NCBI GenBank assembly: GCA_963675595.2
Contig: CAXXLZ010000001.1
Span: 928,001 to 992,000 of the forward strand
DNA length: 64,000 nucleotides
Direction: 5' to 3'
Source: Thermodesulfobacteriota bacterium
Lineage (GTDB): Bacteria; Desulfobacterota; Desulfarculia; JACQYL01
Part shown: positions 47,266-58,604 of the stretch, one piece after another
How the letters are laid out: each line of letters begins with the position of its first letter
Position numbering within the stretch: position 1 is the first letter of the stretch
Translations under genes and position numbers: made by a program
Notes under the pieces: model-generated
Told to the model about the DNA's origin: nothing
Seen by the model: only the letters and a program-made list of their open reading frames with translations
Databases searched by the model: none

Positions 47266-49245
47266 CTAGTCCTCCATCTTCTTCTCCGCTTCCTCAAGGG
47301 CGGCCTGTTTCGTTTCCCAGCGCGCCATGAGGCGGGCGATATCCTCTTTGATCTCCCCGAATTCGGTCACCAGGGGCATGCTCACATCGGCTTGCTTGAA
47401 GACGTTTTCATCGCAGAGGAGTGTGGAAATCTCCTCCTGCCGTTTCTCGAGTGATTGGATACGGGCCTCCAATTTCTCAATCTCTTTGCGCATCGGTCCC
47501 AGGAGCTTGCTCTTCTTCTGTCTGAGCAGGGCTTCCTCTCGCTTTCTGGCCTGCCTGTCCTCCTTGGTTCCGCCGGATTTCTCCTTTTGCGTTCGGTCGA
47601 CTTCGGGCGTTTGGGAGTTCTCGCTTTCCCGTGCTTCCAGTTCGGCAAGGTGTTGGTAGTACTCCTCGAGGCTGCCCGGGTAGTCTTGGGCGCGGGTGCC
47701 GGAAAGGTCCAGAATCCGTGTTGCCAGACGGTTCACAAAAGACTGGTTGTGAGACACGAATACCAGGGTCCCTTCGAATTGTTCCAGGGCTTGAATGAGA
47801 GCCTCGGACGAGAACAGGTCCAGGTGATTGGTGGGCTCGTCCATAAGCATCACGTTGCCGGGGGATACGAGAAGCTTGGCGAGAGCGACCCTGGCACGTT
47901 CTCCTCCCGAGAGCACGCCCACCGGCTTGTCGACGGAGTCGTCCGAGAACAGGAAGGCTCCGCAGACCCCTCGGATGAAGGATTGAGACGCCATGGGCGC
48001 TTCGGTGTAGACTTCCTCGATCACGGTCCTCGAATCGCTCAACGTTTCCGACTGATGCTGAGCGTAGTACCTCAGGGTTACGTTATGCCCGAGGGTCACG
48101 GAACCGCTGTCCTGTTTGAGTTCTCGAGCCATGATCTTGAGGAGTGTGGTCTTGCCGCAGCCGTTGGGTCCGACCACCGCTACCCGGTCGCCTCGCAGGA
48201 CGCTCAGGTCCAGGTCTTCGAAGACCTGGTGGTTTCCGAAAGCCTTGCTCACTCCTTCGAGAGTCATGGCCACCCGGCCCGAAGGGTCCACCGCCGGAAA
48301 AGAGAACCTGACTTTCTTCTGCGGCTTGTAAGTGGCGACCAGCTCGAGTTTCTCGAGCATCTTGATCTTGCTTTGGGCTTGGCGGGCCTTGGTGCTTTTG
48401 TATTTGAACCGGTCGATGAATTTCTGAGCGTCTTTGACTTTCTGCTCCATGTTGCGGGCCCGGTTTTCGAGAACGCGCCGCTCGACCTCCCGCGCCTCCA
48501 GATAGGTATCATAATTACCTGAATAGGCCCGGAAGCCTTCGGGCTCGAAACTCATGACCCTCCGAACATGCCTGTTGAGGAAATGGCGGTCGTGACAGAT
48601 AAGGACCAGGGAGTGATGCCATTTTTCGAGAAACGTGCTGAGCCAGTGCACCGAGGGGAGGTCCAAATGGTTGGTGGGTTCATCCAGGAGGAGCAGGTCG
48701 GGTTTCTGGAACAACAGGCCGGCCAAAGCCACCCTCATCCGCCAACCACCGCTGAGTTGACTCACGGGTCGTTCCATGCCGGCGGCGTCGAAACCGAGCC
48801 CCCCAAGAATCTTGCGAGCCTCGTAAGGCGAATACTGGACCTCGAAGTTGGCCAGTTCTTCGTGGAGATCGGCGATGCGAACCGCCAGGTCACTTTGAAG
48901 CTTCGGGTCCGTGGAAGAGTCCAGGGACCTTTCCAAGTCGAAAAGCAGACCTTCCTTTTCCGCTTTTCCGGGTATGCTGCTCAACACGGAGTCGATCACC
49001 GTGTTTCCGTGCAATACCGAAACGTCCTGTGGGAGGTAGCCCACGCGCACTCCGCCGGTGACCTGCACTTCTCCCGAGTCGGGTCTGGTCTCCCCCGCGA
49101 GAATTCGCATCAACGTGGTCTTTCCGGCGCCGTTGGGACCGATGAGGCCCACGTTGTCTCGTTCCCCTATTTGAAGATTGAGCCCGTCCAGAATCGATCT
49201 CCCGCCGAAGGACAGGCTCAAATTTACAACCGTGATAAGGCTCAT
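47266..49245 (-). CDS. ABC-F family ATPase
   Basis: Two NBDs (GPNGAGKT, GPNGCGKT; LSGG; DEPTNHLD twice), no TM segments. Confidence 0.93.
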   Translation of the reverse strand: MSLITVVNLSLSFGGRSILDGLNLQIGERDNVGLIGPNGAGKTTLMRILAGETRPDSGEVQVTGGVRVGYLPQDVSVLHGNTVIDSVLSSIPGKAEKEGLLFDLERSLDSSTDPKLQSDLAVRIADLHEELANFEVQYSPYEARKILGGLGFDAAGMERPVSQLSGGWRMRVALAGLLFQKPDLLLLDEPTNHLDLPSVHWLSTFLEKWHHSLVLICHDRHFLNRHVRRVMSFEPEGFRAYSGNYDTYLEAREVERRVLENRARNMEQKVKDAQKFIDRFKYKSTKARQAQSKIKMLEKLELVATYKPQKKVRFSFPAVDPSGRVAMTLEGVSKAFGNHQVFEDLDLSVLRGDRVAVVGPNGCGKTTLLKIMARELKQDSGSVTLGHNVTLRYYAQHQSETLSDSRTVIEEVYTEAPMASQSFIRGVCGAFLFSDDSVDKPVGVLSGGERARVALAKLLVSPGNVMLMDEPTNHLDLFSSEALIQALEQFEGTLVFVSHNQSFVNRLATRILDLSGTRAQDYPGSLEEYYQHLAELEARESENSQTPEVDRTQKEKSGGTKEDRQARKREEALLRQKKSKLLGPMRKEIEKLEARIQSLEKRQEEISTLLCDENVFKQADVSMPLVTEFGEIKEDIARLMARWETKQAALEEAEKKMED

Positions 49246-49264
49246 GGCGAATACTTGTTTCCGT

Positions 49265-49510
49265 CTAACGATAGATAAAGGTGAGTATCAGTACCCAGGC
49301 CATGGCAATGCCGAGCAGCACGTTCAAAGCAAGGGCGGTCCAATGTTCCAGACTCATGTAATATCCAATAAACATGACATTTACCAGAAGGAGCTGGCCG
49401 TAGGTCCATCTTGAGATGTCCTTGGCGCTTTTCAATTGATAGATTCTGACGATTTGCGGGACCATGCTTGAGATCATAATGATCAGCCCCACGCCGGCCA
49501 GCCATTCCAT
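49265..49510 (-). CDS. SemiSWEET/PQ-loop transporter
   Basis: VPQIVRIY..KSAKDIS, three TM helices, 81 aa. Confidence 0.8.
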   Translation of the reverse strand: MEWLAGVGLIIMISSMVPQIVRIYQLKSAKDISRWTYGQLLLVNVMFIGYYMSLEHWTALALNVLLGIAMAWVLILTFIYR

Positions 49511-49612
49511 AACGGATCAACCTTTCTTCATCTGTTGGGTTCAAATACTCATGGTGGTGAAGCTGGAGACGCTCCCGCCCCAAAAAAACGGGGAGCCGGA
49601 GATTTCAATTAC

Positions 49613-49650
49613 AAAAGCCCGGCCCGGAACGGATTCCGTCCGGGCCGGGC
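49613..49650 (-). terminator. Intrinsic terminator of the acyl-CoA dehydrogenase operon
   Basis: GCCCGGCCCGGA...TCCGGGCCGGGC hairpin followed by TTTT on the minus strand. Confidence 0.7.
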
Positions 49651-49675
49651 ACGTTCGGATGAACCTCCGAAAGGC

Positions 49676-50833
49676 TTAGCGGTTCGCTTTGCGATAACCG
49701 AGTTGGTCCATGGCGATGATCATCTTCTGAACGTTGGCGGTCCCCTCAACGATCTGGTACAGCACCGCGTCCCTGAAACAACGAGCCACGGGATACTCGG
49801 TGGAGTAGCCGTAGGCACCCAGAATCTTCATGGCACGATGCGCGGATTTCGCCGCGGCTTCTCCGGCAAAATACTTGGCCATGGAAGTCTCGAGAGTATT
49901 CCCCAGGTTCCCCTCATCCTTCTGCACGGCGGCTTTGTAGGTCAACAGCCGAGCCGCTTCCACATCAACGGCCATTTGAGCGATCATGTCCTGGTTCATC
50001 TGGAATTCACCCACCTGCTGCCCGAACTGCTCCCTCTCCCTGCAATAGGCGGTAGCCGCGTCGAGTGCGGCCTGGGCCACGCCCACGCCTCCGGCGGCGC
50101 AGGAAAGTCGCGTCTGATTCAAACTGGAGAACACGATCTTGAGTCCTTCTCCTTCTTTACCCAACAGGTTGGCTTTGGGCACTTTCGCGTCCTCGAGAAA
50201 GACTTCGCCGGTGGGTGAAGACCGGGTCCCCATCTTGTCCAAAGGCCTTGTGGTAATCCCGTCAACCTTCAGGTCCACCACAAAGGCGCTGAGTCCCTTA
50301 CTGCCCAGTTCACGGTTGGTGTAGGCGTAAAGCACGCACGTATCGGCCACCTGGGCGTTGCTGATCCAGGTCTTGGACCCGTTGAGCAGGTAGTGATCAC
50401 CATTGTCCCGGGCGGTGGTTTTCATGGCCAGAATATCCGAACCGGCATTGGGTTCGGTGATGGCAAAGCAACCGATCAAATCGGCGTTCACCAGCCCTGG
50501 AATGTACTTCTCTTTCAGTTCTTCGGATCCGTATCTCAAAATAGAGAATGCGGTCCCTAAAGTCTGCATGTTGATCGCCACGCGGAGCGAACTGGAGCCT
50601 CGAGCGATTTCTTCCGTCAGGATGGTCTGCGCGAGGAATCCCATTTCGTTCCCGCCGTATTGCTCCGGGATTACGCATCCGAAAAAGCCCAATTCACCCA
50701 TCTTCTTGAGTACGTCGATCGGGTAATAATGCTCTTCGTCCCACTTGTCGGCATGGGGCATGATTTCCTTTTCGGTGAAGTCTCTCGCTGTTTCCTTCAA
50801 CATCTCAAGCTCTTCGGACAAACGGAAATGCAT
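49676..50833 (-). CDS. acd: Acyl-CoA dehydrogenase, non-decarboxylating glutaryl-CoA dehydrogenase-like
   Basis: ITEPNAGSD, FQMNQDMIAQMAV, YSTEYPVAR, C-terminal DQLGYRKANR resembling Desulfococcus Acd (recalled similarity). Confidence 0.8.
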   Translation of the reverse strand: MHFRLSEELEMLKETARDFTEKEIMPHADKWDEEHYYPIDVLKKMGELGFFGCVIPEQYGGNEMGFLAQTILTEEIARGSSSLRVAINMQTLGTAFSILRYGSEELKEKYIPGLVNADLIGCFAITEPNAGSDILAMKTTARDNGDHYLLNGSKTWISNAQVADTCVLYAYTNRELGSKGLSAFVVDLKVDGITTRPLDKMGTRSSPTGEVFLEDAKVPKANLLGKEGEGLKIVFSSLNQTRLSCAAGGVGVAQAALDAATAYCREREQFGQQVGEFQMNQDMIAQMAVDVEAARLLTYKAAVQKDEGNLGNTLETSMAKYFAGEAAAKSAHRAMKILGAYGYSTEYPVARCFRDAVLYQIVEGTANVQKMIIAMDQLGYRKANR

Positions 50834-50847
50834 AGTATCCCCCTGAT

Positions 50848-51996
50848 CTATCTTAATAGGTTTCTCGCAACGATCAGTCTCTGAACTTGGTTGGACCCAT
50901 CGAAAATCTGTATGGCCTTGGCGTCCCGCATCATCCGTTCGGCGGTGCACCCGCGGCGTACGCCTTCATTACCCAAAATCTGGACGGCGTTCGTGGTGAC
51001 CTGCATGGCCATGTCCGAAGCCAGATATTTGGACATGGAGACGTACGTTTCGATCTGTTTCTGCTCGGCCCGTTCACCCTCGACCATATCTGCGGTTCGA
51101 TATACCGTTGATCTTACCGCCTCGATTTGTGTCCACATATCGGCCAACATGAATTCCACGGCCTGAGATCGGCCCATGGGACGTCTTAACTCCTTTTCCC
51201 GACGGACATAGGCCAACGCCTCGTCAAAAGCGCCCTGGGCAATGCCCAGAGCCATGCTCGCAGCACCCCATACGCGCATAGGGTTGGCGTGCCGAGAGAG
51301 GACTTCCCAACCTCGTTCCGGACCCAGCAGCAGGTCGTCTTCCGACACAGCGACATTGTCGAGGAACATGGTCTGAGTAATGCTTGCGCCCAATCCCATC
51401 TTTCCCAATATGCCGCTGAAGGAAATCCCCGGAGACCTTCGATCCAGGATGAGCGCGCTGATTCCTTTGGGACCCACCGTCTTTGAGGTCCTTATGAACA
51501 CGAGATAATAGTCTGCGTATTCTCCCAAAGTGAGATAGGTCTTGCTGCCGTTCAGAACATATCGGTCGCCCTTCAGGACGCCCCGGGCTTGCAGAGACCC
51601 CGCGTCCGATCCGGAGCCGGGTTCCGTCAGGGCAAACCCGCACAGCTTGTCGCCTTGAGCGAACCCGGGCAGGAGCCGAGCTTTCTGGTTTGGATCGCCT
51701 ACTCTGCAAAGTATCCTTATGAGAGCGGAGGTCGGAAAAACGAGAAGGGCCGAGGACGGGGAGACGCGGGAAATTTCCTCGATCAATATACACAGGGTGA
51801 CGGCTTTGGCTCCCAAACCGCCGTGTTCTCGAGGTAGAGCCGCCTTCAGCAGTCCGGCGTCTCTGAATACCTCGTAGCTTAACCTTGGAAAATCTTCGCT
51901 TTCGTCCAGCCGGGCCGCGACGGGCCCGATGTTGTCTTCCACGAGGGTGCGGACGTGACGTCGAAACTCTTCCTGTCCCGCCGTGAGCGATGCCAT
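50848..51996 (-). CDS. Acyl-CoA dehydrogenase
   Basis: FALTEPGSGSD, LNGSK, ERMMRDAKAIQIFDGSNQVQR. Confidence 0.9.
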   Translation of the reverse strand: MASLTAGQEEFRRHVRTLVEDNIGPVAARLDESEDFPRLSYEVFRDAGLLKAALPREHGGLGAKAVTLCILIEEISRVSPSSALLVFPTSALIRILCRVGDPNQKARLLPGFAQGDKLCGFALTEPGSGSDAGSLQARGVLKGDRYVLNGSKTYLTLGEYADYYLVFIRTSKTVGPKGISALILDRRSPGISFSGILGKMGLGASITQTMFLDNVAVSEDDLLLGPERGWEVLSRHANPMRVWGAASMALGIAQGAFDEALAYVRREKELRRPMGRSQAVEFMLADMWTQIEAVRSTVYRTADMVEGERAEQKQIETYVSMSKYLASDMAMQVTTNAVQILGNEGVRRGCTAERMMRDAKAIQIFDGSNQVQRLIVARNLLR

Positions 51997-52039
51997 GATA
52001 TCCCGATTGGCCGAATACGAACGTGATTCGTACGTGTTC

Positions 52040-53218
52040 TCACATCCGTTCTACGACGAGGGCGATTCCCTGTCCGCCGCCGATACACATGGTGGCCAGT
52101 CCCGTGTTCAAGTCCCTCCGTTTCATTTCATAAAGGAGCTTGATGAGGATGACGCCTCCACTAGCGGAGACCGGATGCCCTAAAGCAATCGCGCCTCCGT
52201 TCACATTGACCTTCTCCAAGTCCATGCCCAGCTCACGGATGCAGACGAGTGATTGAGAGGCGAAGGCTTCGTTCAACTCCACCAAATCGATGTCGTCCAT
52301 GGTCATTCCGGCTTTTTCCAATGCCAAGCGGGTAGCGGGAATCGGGCCGATGCCCATTAAAGAGGGTTCCACGCCCACGGAGGCGAAGGAGACGATGCGT
52401 GCCTGGGACTCGATTCCCAAATCTTTCGCTTTGTCGCCGGACATGACCACCAAGGCGGCGGCTCCATCGTTCATACCGCTCGAATTGCCGGCGGTCACCG
52501 AGCCCCCGGACTTCTTGAAAGCCGGCTTGAGCTTGGTCAGGGCTTCCAGGGTGGTGCCGAATCTGGGGTGTTCATCCGTATCGAAAACGGAGGGTGCGCC
52601 TTTCTTGGCCGGAATCTCGACGGGGACGATCTGATCCCGAAAAAGTCCATTCTTGATGGCGGCCTCGGCCGATTGCTGGCTTCGAAGTGCGAATTCGTCC
52701 TGATCCTCTCTTGATACTCCGTACTTTTCCGCCACGTTTTCGGCGGTTTCACCCATGGTGTCGCCGCTGAGGGGGTCGAAAAGAATCAGCTGGTCCTGGA
52801 GCTGTCCGTGACCCAAACGGTATCCCCAGCGGGCTTGTTTGAGCAGATACGCGGCCCTGCTCATGGATTCCATACCTCCGGCCACGATGATTTTCGCGTC
52901 CCCGGCTTTGATGATCTGGGAGGCCAATGTGACGGCCTTTAGGCTGCCGCCGCAGGCTTTCGAAATGGTGAATTGGGGCCTCTCAATGGGGATACCGGCC
53001 TTGACGGCGACCACGCGGGCTGAGTTGATGGGGAGGTCCCCGGTTCGGTAGCCGGAGGCATAGATAGTCTCGTCGACCATGTCTCCGCTGATGTTCGCTC
53101 TGCTCATAGCCTCCGTTATGGGAATAGGGCCGAACTCGATATCGCTGAGTTCCTTGAGGGTCCCACCGAACTTGCCAATGGCGGTACGCGCTGCTCCGGC
53201 AATGACGATCTCCATCAC
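52040..53218 (-). CDS. Thiolase (acetyl-CoA C-acyltransferase)
   Basis: [27 protein letters not shown]. Confidence 0.94.
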   Translation of the reverse strand: MMEIVIAGAARTAIGKFGGTLKELSDIEFGPIPITEAMSRANISGDMVDETIYASGYRTGDLPINSARVVAVKAGIPIERPQFTISKACGGSLKAVTLASQIIKAGDAKIIVAGGMESMSRAAYLLKQARWGYRLGHGQLQDQLILFDPLSGDTMGETAENVAEKYGVSREDQDEFALRSQQSAEAAIKNGLFRDQIVPVEIPAKKGAPSVFDTDEHPRFGTTLEALTKLKPAFKKSGGSVTAGNSSGMNDGAAALVVMSGDKAKDLGIESQARIVSFASVGVEPSLMGIGPIPATRLALEKAGMTMDDIDLVELNEAFASQSLVCIRELGMDLEKVNVNGGAIALGHPVSASGGVILIKLLYEMKRRDLNTGLATMCIGGGQGIALVVERM

Positions 53219-53573
53219 GGACGCTCCTTTTTAGACTATTTACGATTGACGATGTTTACAAAGGATGATTCGAAGTTGTCAAACAGAAACCTTGCCGGAA
53301 GAGGGGGGATCTTGTTGGTGCAGGAAGAGCCTTGAGTTTCTTCGGGAAATGATGTCCAATATTTTGCAAACTATTTGACAGCGACGATCGTCCTCATTAT
53401 GAATTGCCGGGGTCTTCGATGGAAGCCTCCCACGTAGTCGCTCTCGTTTCCGCGTGGGGGGCCGGCGAATTGCCGGCGTGAGCTGGAACTCGACTCTAAA
53501 TTGTTCGTCCTGTCACTGGCAGATAACCGCCGGGTTAAACTTTCCTTTTCCAGAAGGCCTCTAAGATACAAAA

Positions 53574-54122
53574 ATGCGGGACGAAGACTTCCAACTGATT
53601 GATGATTTCCTGGAGGGCGATCAAGCTGCATTTGAGACGCTGGTCCGGAAATATCAAAAGGAAATCTACTACTTCGTGCTGCGTATCGTCGGTAACGAAG
53701 AGGAAGCCAAAGACATCGCCCAGATGGCGTTCGTCAATGTTTTCAGATCGTTGAAGCGTTTCAAGAAGGAGTCGAAATTTAAAACGTGGCTTTACAAGAT
53801 CGCACTGAATTTGTGTCGTAATCATTTGAAGAAGTCCCGCGTGACGCCGTCGGATGAATTGGATCCGAACTTGGCGGGCGATGACGATCCGGCCGACTCT
53901 CTCATCGAAAAGGAAAAACGGCGGGTGCTTCAGAGGGCCATCGAAGAGTTGCCGGAGAAGCAGCGTTTGACCGTGATATTGAGAACGTATAGAGATCTCA
54001 GTTATGCGGATGTGAGTAGTATCTTAGGGTGCAGTGAAGGGGCTGCGAAAGCGAACTTCCATTTCGCTCTTCAAAAACTGAAAAAAAAGTTGGGGAAGTT
54101 GTATGGACTGCAAAAAAGCTGA
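53574..54122 (+). CDS. ECF RNA polymerase sigma factor
   Basis: AFETLV, DIAQMAF, FKTWLYKIALN, region 4 LSYADVS. Confidence 0.92.
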   Translation: MRDEDFQLIDDFLEGDQAAFETLVRKYQKEIYYFVLRIVGNEEEAKDIAQMAFVNVFRSLKRFKKESKFKTWLYKIALNLCRNHLKKSRVTPSDELDPNLAGDDDPADSLIEKEKRRVLQRAIEELPEKQRLTVILRTYRDLSYADVSSILGCSEGAAKANFHFALQKLKKKLGKLYGLQKS

Positions 54123-54798
54123 AGCACTCATCACGCAGATGAACCGTTCCGATTTGGAGAGGGGTCTGGACGGCCCTCTCGCAGGCCATCTGGATGAATG
54201 CGTGGAATGCAGAACTTCGCTTGAGCTCGTCAAACTACTCCAAGATACGCTGACCGAGCCGCGCCCGAAACGAGAACCGGACTGGAATGATTTCACACGC
54301 CAAGTCGAACACCGTCTCATCGCGGACGCTTATTACGGCAATTGGAGAGGGCGGATTAACCTTGGCGGCATGATGAATCGGCTTTTCCGACCGGCTTTCG
54401 GCATGGGACTGGCCACGGCGGCCTTGATCCTCGCCTTTTTCGTGGCGGGACCGTCCCTGTACCGATCGGACTCGAAGATTCCGACCTCGGGGCCTGCCTC
54501 AACGAGCGTAAACACCGTGTCATTACCCGCCACTTTGATCTCATCGCCCATGGAAGATCGGGTTTCTCTCCACCTGGATCATCTGTCTCGAGAGGAACTG
54601 TCTTATGTGAACAGAGCACTGCTCCGGCGCGTAGCGGCTCAAGAACGTTTGGACGGTATCCGGGACGACATTCCTTCGTTGCCGGGCATTGCGCATCCCG
54701 ACGAGGATGTGGAGGAAGTGGATTACCGCTTGACCAACCTAGAGCCCGGAGAGCTTCAGCGGATCTCCCACGCACTTGAGCATATGATTCCCAACTAA
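54103..54798 (+). CDS. Anti-sigma factor (zf-HC2 + TM)
   Basis: HLDECVEC ZAS motif, one TM helix, overlaps the sigma gene. Confidence 0.85.
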   Translation: MDCKKAEALITQMNRSDLERGLDGPLAGHLDECVECRTSLELVKLLQDTLTEPRPKREPDWNDFTRQVEHRLIADAYYGNWRGRINLGGMMNRLFRPAFGMGLATAALILAFFVAGPSLYRSDSKIPTSGPASTSVNTVSLPATLISSPMEDRVSLHLDHLSREELSYVNRALLRRVAAQERLDGIRDDIPSLPGIAHPDEDVEEVDYRLTNLEPGELQRISHALEHMIPN

Positions 54799-54822
54799 GC
54801 ATGCTTGGATAGGCGAAGATCT

Positions 54823-55488
54823 ATGGCACTGCATCATACCAATCTGAGATTTCTTTTCGTGATGGGTCTCCTTATCGCGCCGGTGCTGATCTCCTCTCCT
54901 GCCCAGTGCGGACCGGATCCCCTGGAAAAGGACGAAGTTCCACCTGCGGTGGAGCGTCCCGCGGTTCCGTTTGTCCCGCCGTCGTCCTTCCCCGACAATG
55001 TTGAATCCGAACGCGAGCGGGTGAGAAGACGGATTGACATGCTTCGCATCTGGAGACTGACTTCGGAACTGAATCTGGACGAACCTACCGCCCGAAAGCT
55101 CTTCCCGGTGCTGCACGCGTTTCAGGTCAGAAGGAGTCAGCTTCGTTCCGAATGCAATAGGATTGAGAAGAAACTGGCTCTTGAACTGCGCAATGAACAG
55201 CGAAACGGTGAGAAGATTAAGTCTTTGATCGAGGCCTACAAGCAAAATGAGTTGAAAAAGTACGAGCTTTATCAGGAGGAAGCGCGTAAGCTCGAAGATG
55301 TGCTTACTCCGAGGCAGTACGCACAGTACATTTTGTTTGCGGAACGGTTTAACCTGGAATTGCAGTACATTTTTCGGGAAGCCTTAGGCAGAAACAAGCC
55401 GAGTGTTCCCTCCAATGTCCAAGAACCCTCCGAGAACGGCTCCGCGGAAACCGCTTCGCCTCCGAAGGATGATGGGGCGGATCGATAG
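54823..55488 (+). CDS. Periplasmic Spy/CpxP-like protein
   Basis: Signal peptide, helical, LNLDE and VLTPRQ motifs. Confidence 0.7.
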   Translation: MALHHTNLRFLFVMGLLIAPVLISSPAQCGPDPLEKDEVPPAVERPAVPFVPPSSFPDNVESERERVRRRIDMLRIWRLTSELNLDEPTARKLFPVLHAFQVRRSQLRSECNRIEKKLALELRNEQRNGEKIKSLIEAYKQNELKKYELYQEEARKLEDVLTPRQYAQYILFAERFNLELQYIFREALGRNKPSVPSNVQEPSENGSAETASPPKDDGADR

Positions 55489-55932
55489 CGGGAGGTTTCA
55501 CCCGAATACCGGTGAGCTGAATGAGTACGGGTTCCTTTTCTCCATCGGAACGTCGACGAGAGAATGAGAACGACGGGTTTTTTCATTCACGTCTGAAATT
55601 CACTGCGGCGATTCCGCTTTCAAGCAGAACCGAGCCCTCCTTTCCAAATCATGAATGACGGGGACCGCGTCCGGCGGTCGCACATTGCGCAGCAGGCCGA
55701 GTGGACACCTAATCGTCAATGTGATATTAATTACACGGAATTTTGAATATATTTCCGGAGATAGCGAGAATCGATTTCGGAGCGAGAGGCGAGTGCCAGG
55801 CCGATTCCGTTCCGATGAGGGAAGGTCGGGTTCATTCGTCGGAATCCAGCGGCCGCTGCGCTTCAATCCGGACTGAAGCCGCTTTGAACATGACCTGTTT
55901 AGGGCCTCTTTCATCTTTCCCGCGGAAGACCC

Positions 55933-57201
55933 ATGACCATGTCGGAGTCACAACCTGCATCTCTAAGCCCCAGCGAGTTGAACGCTCTTATCGCCAGAAG
56001 CAGAGACAAGTTCAGGTCACTCATCGACGCCGTTCCGGACCCCATGTTCACCATTGACCGGGACCTTAAACTCGTTTCGGTCAATCAGGCATACGCCCGT
56101 CTCACGGGGAAGCATCCCAAAGAAGTGGTGGGGGGGCGTTGCTATGAGTTTTTCTGCCCTTTGGACCTCAATGGCGAAGAGGCCTGCAGAGGCGGGAAAT
56201 GCCTTGCCTTCCGTTTCTTTCAAACCGGAGAAACGATCTGGGAGTTGCTCGAACAAAAAATGTCGGATAATCAGCGCCGATGGACGGAAGTCATGATTCA
56301 TCCGCTTGATGATCAGGCTTCCTCCGATCAGGCCGTGGTCATGTTTCGCGATGTGACCCGATTAAAGGAACTTGAGCAGCAGGCTGTAAAACATAATGAA
56401 ATACTGGAGGAAGAGGTCCGCAGGAGAACGCTTGAACTCAGAGAGGCACGCGACGAGCTCCTGATGGAAAAACAGCTTCTCGAAAATGCCAATCGGGAAC
56501 TCCTGCGGCTGGAAAGCCTCAAAAAGGATCTCATGCTCATGGTGGTCCACGACATGAAAGGGCCTATCGGAGAACTCATGGGCAATCTCGACTTGATCAA
56601 ACTGGAATCCCTTTCCACCGATCAAATCGAGTATGTGGAATTGGCCGAATCCGCATGCGACGACCTCCTTCGGATGATCATGAACTTGTTGGACATCAAT
56701 CGGGCCGAAGAGGGACGGCTGGTTCCGGAATTCAGGGCTCTCTCACCCTCACGGCTCATTGAAAATACTTTGTTCAAACTCCAGGCGCTGATTCGTCTCG
56801 CTGAGTTGGATGTTGAAATCCTCTGTGAAACCTCTCTTTTTGTACGCGGAGACTCCGGATTGCTGGAAAGGGTACTCCAAAACCTGCTTATCAACGCAGT
56901 GAACGCCACTCCCCCTGGAGGCAGGATCAGTTTGGGCGCTCGGTCGCATGATGGGGGTGACATGCTGGAATTTAGTGTGCGGGATACCGGCAAGGGTATT
57001 CCTGTGAGGTTCCGGAAGGCCATTTTCGAAAAATTCAAACGGGCTTCGGACGACGCGGAGAACCGCACGGGTACGGGCTTGGGACTCAGTTTCTGCAAAC
57101 TGGCGATTGAAGCCCACGGGGGATCAATCCGGCTGGAAAGCGAAGAAGGTCGGGGAACCACGTTTTTTTTCACGTTACCAGCTCTATCTTCCGAAATATA
57201 G
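55933..57201 (+). CDS. PAS sensor histidine kinase
   Basis: PAS, HDMKGP, NLLINA, DTGKGI, GTGLGL. Confidence 0.92.
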   Translation: MTMSESQPASLSPSELNALIARSRDKFRSLIDAVPDPMFTIDRDLKLVSVNQAYARLTGKHPKEVVGGRCYEFFCPLDLNGEEACRGGKCLAFRFFQTGETIWELLEQKMSDNQRRWTEVMIHPLDDQASSDQAVVMFRDVTRLKELEQQAVKHNEILEEEVRRRTLELREARDELLMEKQLLENANRELLRLESLKKDLMLMVVHDMKGPIGELMGNLDLIKLESLSTDQIEYVELAESACDDLLRMIMNLLDINRAEEGRLVPEFRALSPSRLIENTLFKLQALIRLAELDVEILCETSLFVRGDSGLLERVLQNLLINAVNATPPGGRISLGARSHDGGDMLEFSVRDTGKGIPVRFRKAIFEKFKRASDDAENRTGTGLGLSFCKLAIEAHGGSIRLESEEGRGTTFFFTLPALSSEI

Positions 57202-57284
57202 CAATTCCCTTCCCCATTGGCGCCCTCTTTTCGTGAGAGTGCGCGGATTCCTTACCGGATGGGGAAACGGTGCAGGGAGAAGTT

Positions 57285-58454
57285 ATGCTGTCTCCTGCGA
57301 AGCTCGGCAGCCTCAGGGTCTTGGTGGTGGACGATCAGGTGACCATGAGAAAGACGATCGTCAACATGCTTAAGACCAGTGGATTCAAAAAGATATCGGA
57401 AGCCCCCGACGGCGAGGAAGCGCTCATACGCATCGAGCTCGGCGGAGTGGACTTCGTAATCTCCGATTGGAATATGCCGCGGATGAAGGGGGTGGACCTG
57501 CTTGCCAGACTCCGAAGTCGAGATACGACCAAGAATATTCCCTTTCTTATGATTACGGCCGAGGTGGACGAGAAAACGGTGATACAAGCGCTCGAAAGCG
57601 ACGTGGACGCATACATCATCAAACCGTTTAAGGCGAAAACTCTTCTCGATCGTATCGAGCAGATATTGGATAAACGCGAAAAACCAAGCCCCATAGACGT
57701 CCACATCAAGACGGGCATGTATTATCTGGAGAATGGGAGCGTGCAGTTGGCCGTGGTCGAATTCAAGAAAGCGCTTCAAATAGACCCCGCCAGTCCAAGG
57801 AGCCACTTCCATTTAGGGCTCGCGCACGAGCAGGCCAAGGACTACGAAGGCGCCGTACGCTCCTTCAAGAAAGCGGTGGAGCTGTCTCCCCAATACGTCA
57901 AAGGCTTTGAGGCCCTGGCCAGGGTATTGAGTTCGGCGGGACGCAAGGAGGAGGCCTCCGAGACATTGCGGCGTGCTGTGGAAATCAGCCCGATGAACGT
58001 GGAACGCCAACTGGCGTTGGGTGCCGCCCTGCTGGGAGTGGGAAAAGTGGAAGAGGGCAAACGGGCGCTTGCCGAAGCGGGCAGAATCAAACCTGATAAT
58101 CCGGACATCGCGGAACGGGTTGGGGAGATTTTCATGGAGGCCGGTTTGGCGGAGGAGGCGGAAGACGCCTTTGGAACCGCTTTGAAGATCGACCCGTCCT
58201 TGAGACACGTCTATAACCGGCTGGGCATCGCTTATCGACAACAAGGGAAGATCAAACAAGCCATTGAGAACTACCGGAAAGCCATCAAGATTAGTCCTAA
58301 TGACGAAAACCTCTTCTATAACCTGGGAGTCGCCTACGTGGAGGGGAGGGATGCCGAAAGCGCGGTGAAGGCGCTTGCCAAGGCCGTCGAGATCAACCCC
58401 GGTTTCCATGAGGCCAACAACCTGCTCGAAAGACTCAGACAGGCGGGTTACTGA
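57285..58454 (+). CDS. Response regulator receiver + TPR protein
   Basis: LVVDD, SDWNMP, KPF; multiple TPRs. Confidence 0.9.
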   Translation: MLSPAKLGSLRVLVVDDQVTMRKTIVNMLKTSGFKKISEAPDGEEALIRIELGGVDFVISDWNMPRMKGVDLLARLRSRDTTKNIPFLMITAEVDEKTVIQALESDVDAYIIKPFKAKTLLDRIEQILDKREKPSPIDVHIKTGMYYLENGSVQLAVVEFKKALQIDPASPRSHFHLGLAHEQAKDYEGAVRSFKKAVELSPQYVKGFEALARVLSSAGRKEEASETLRRAVEISPMNVERQLALGAALLGVGKVEEGKRALAEAGRIKPDNPDIAERVGEIFMEAGLAEEAEDAFGTALKIDPSLRHVYNRLGIAYRQQGKIKQAIENYRKAIKISPNDENLFYNLGVAYVEGRDAESAVKALAKAVEINPGFHEANNLLERLRQAGY

Positions 58455-58604
58455 GCCCTCCGACCTCCCCCCGGAAGTACCTCTGAATCCACGCCCTCGT
58501 CCTACACGCCGAGCCGCCGGTTTGTCGTCAAATTCAAAGGGCCGTCGGGTTGCGTCACACCGTGCCGTGATTCATGGCGGGAAAGGCCGGAGTCGATAGA
58601 CGGA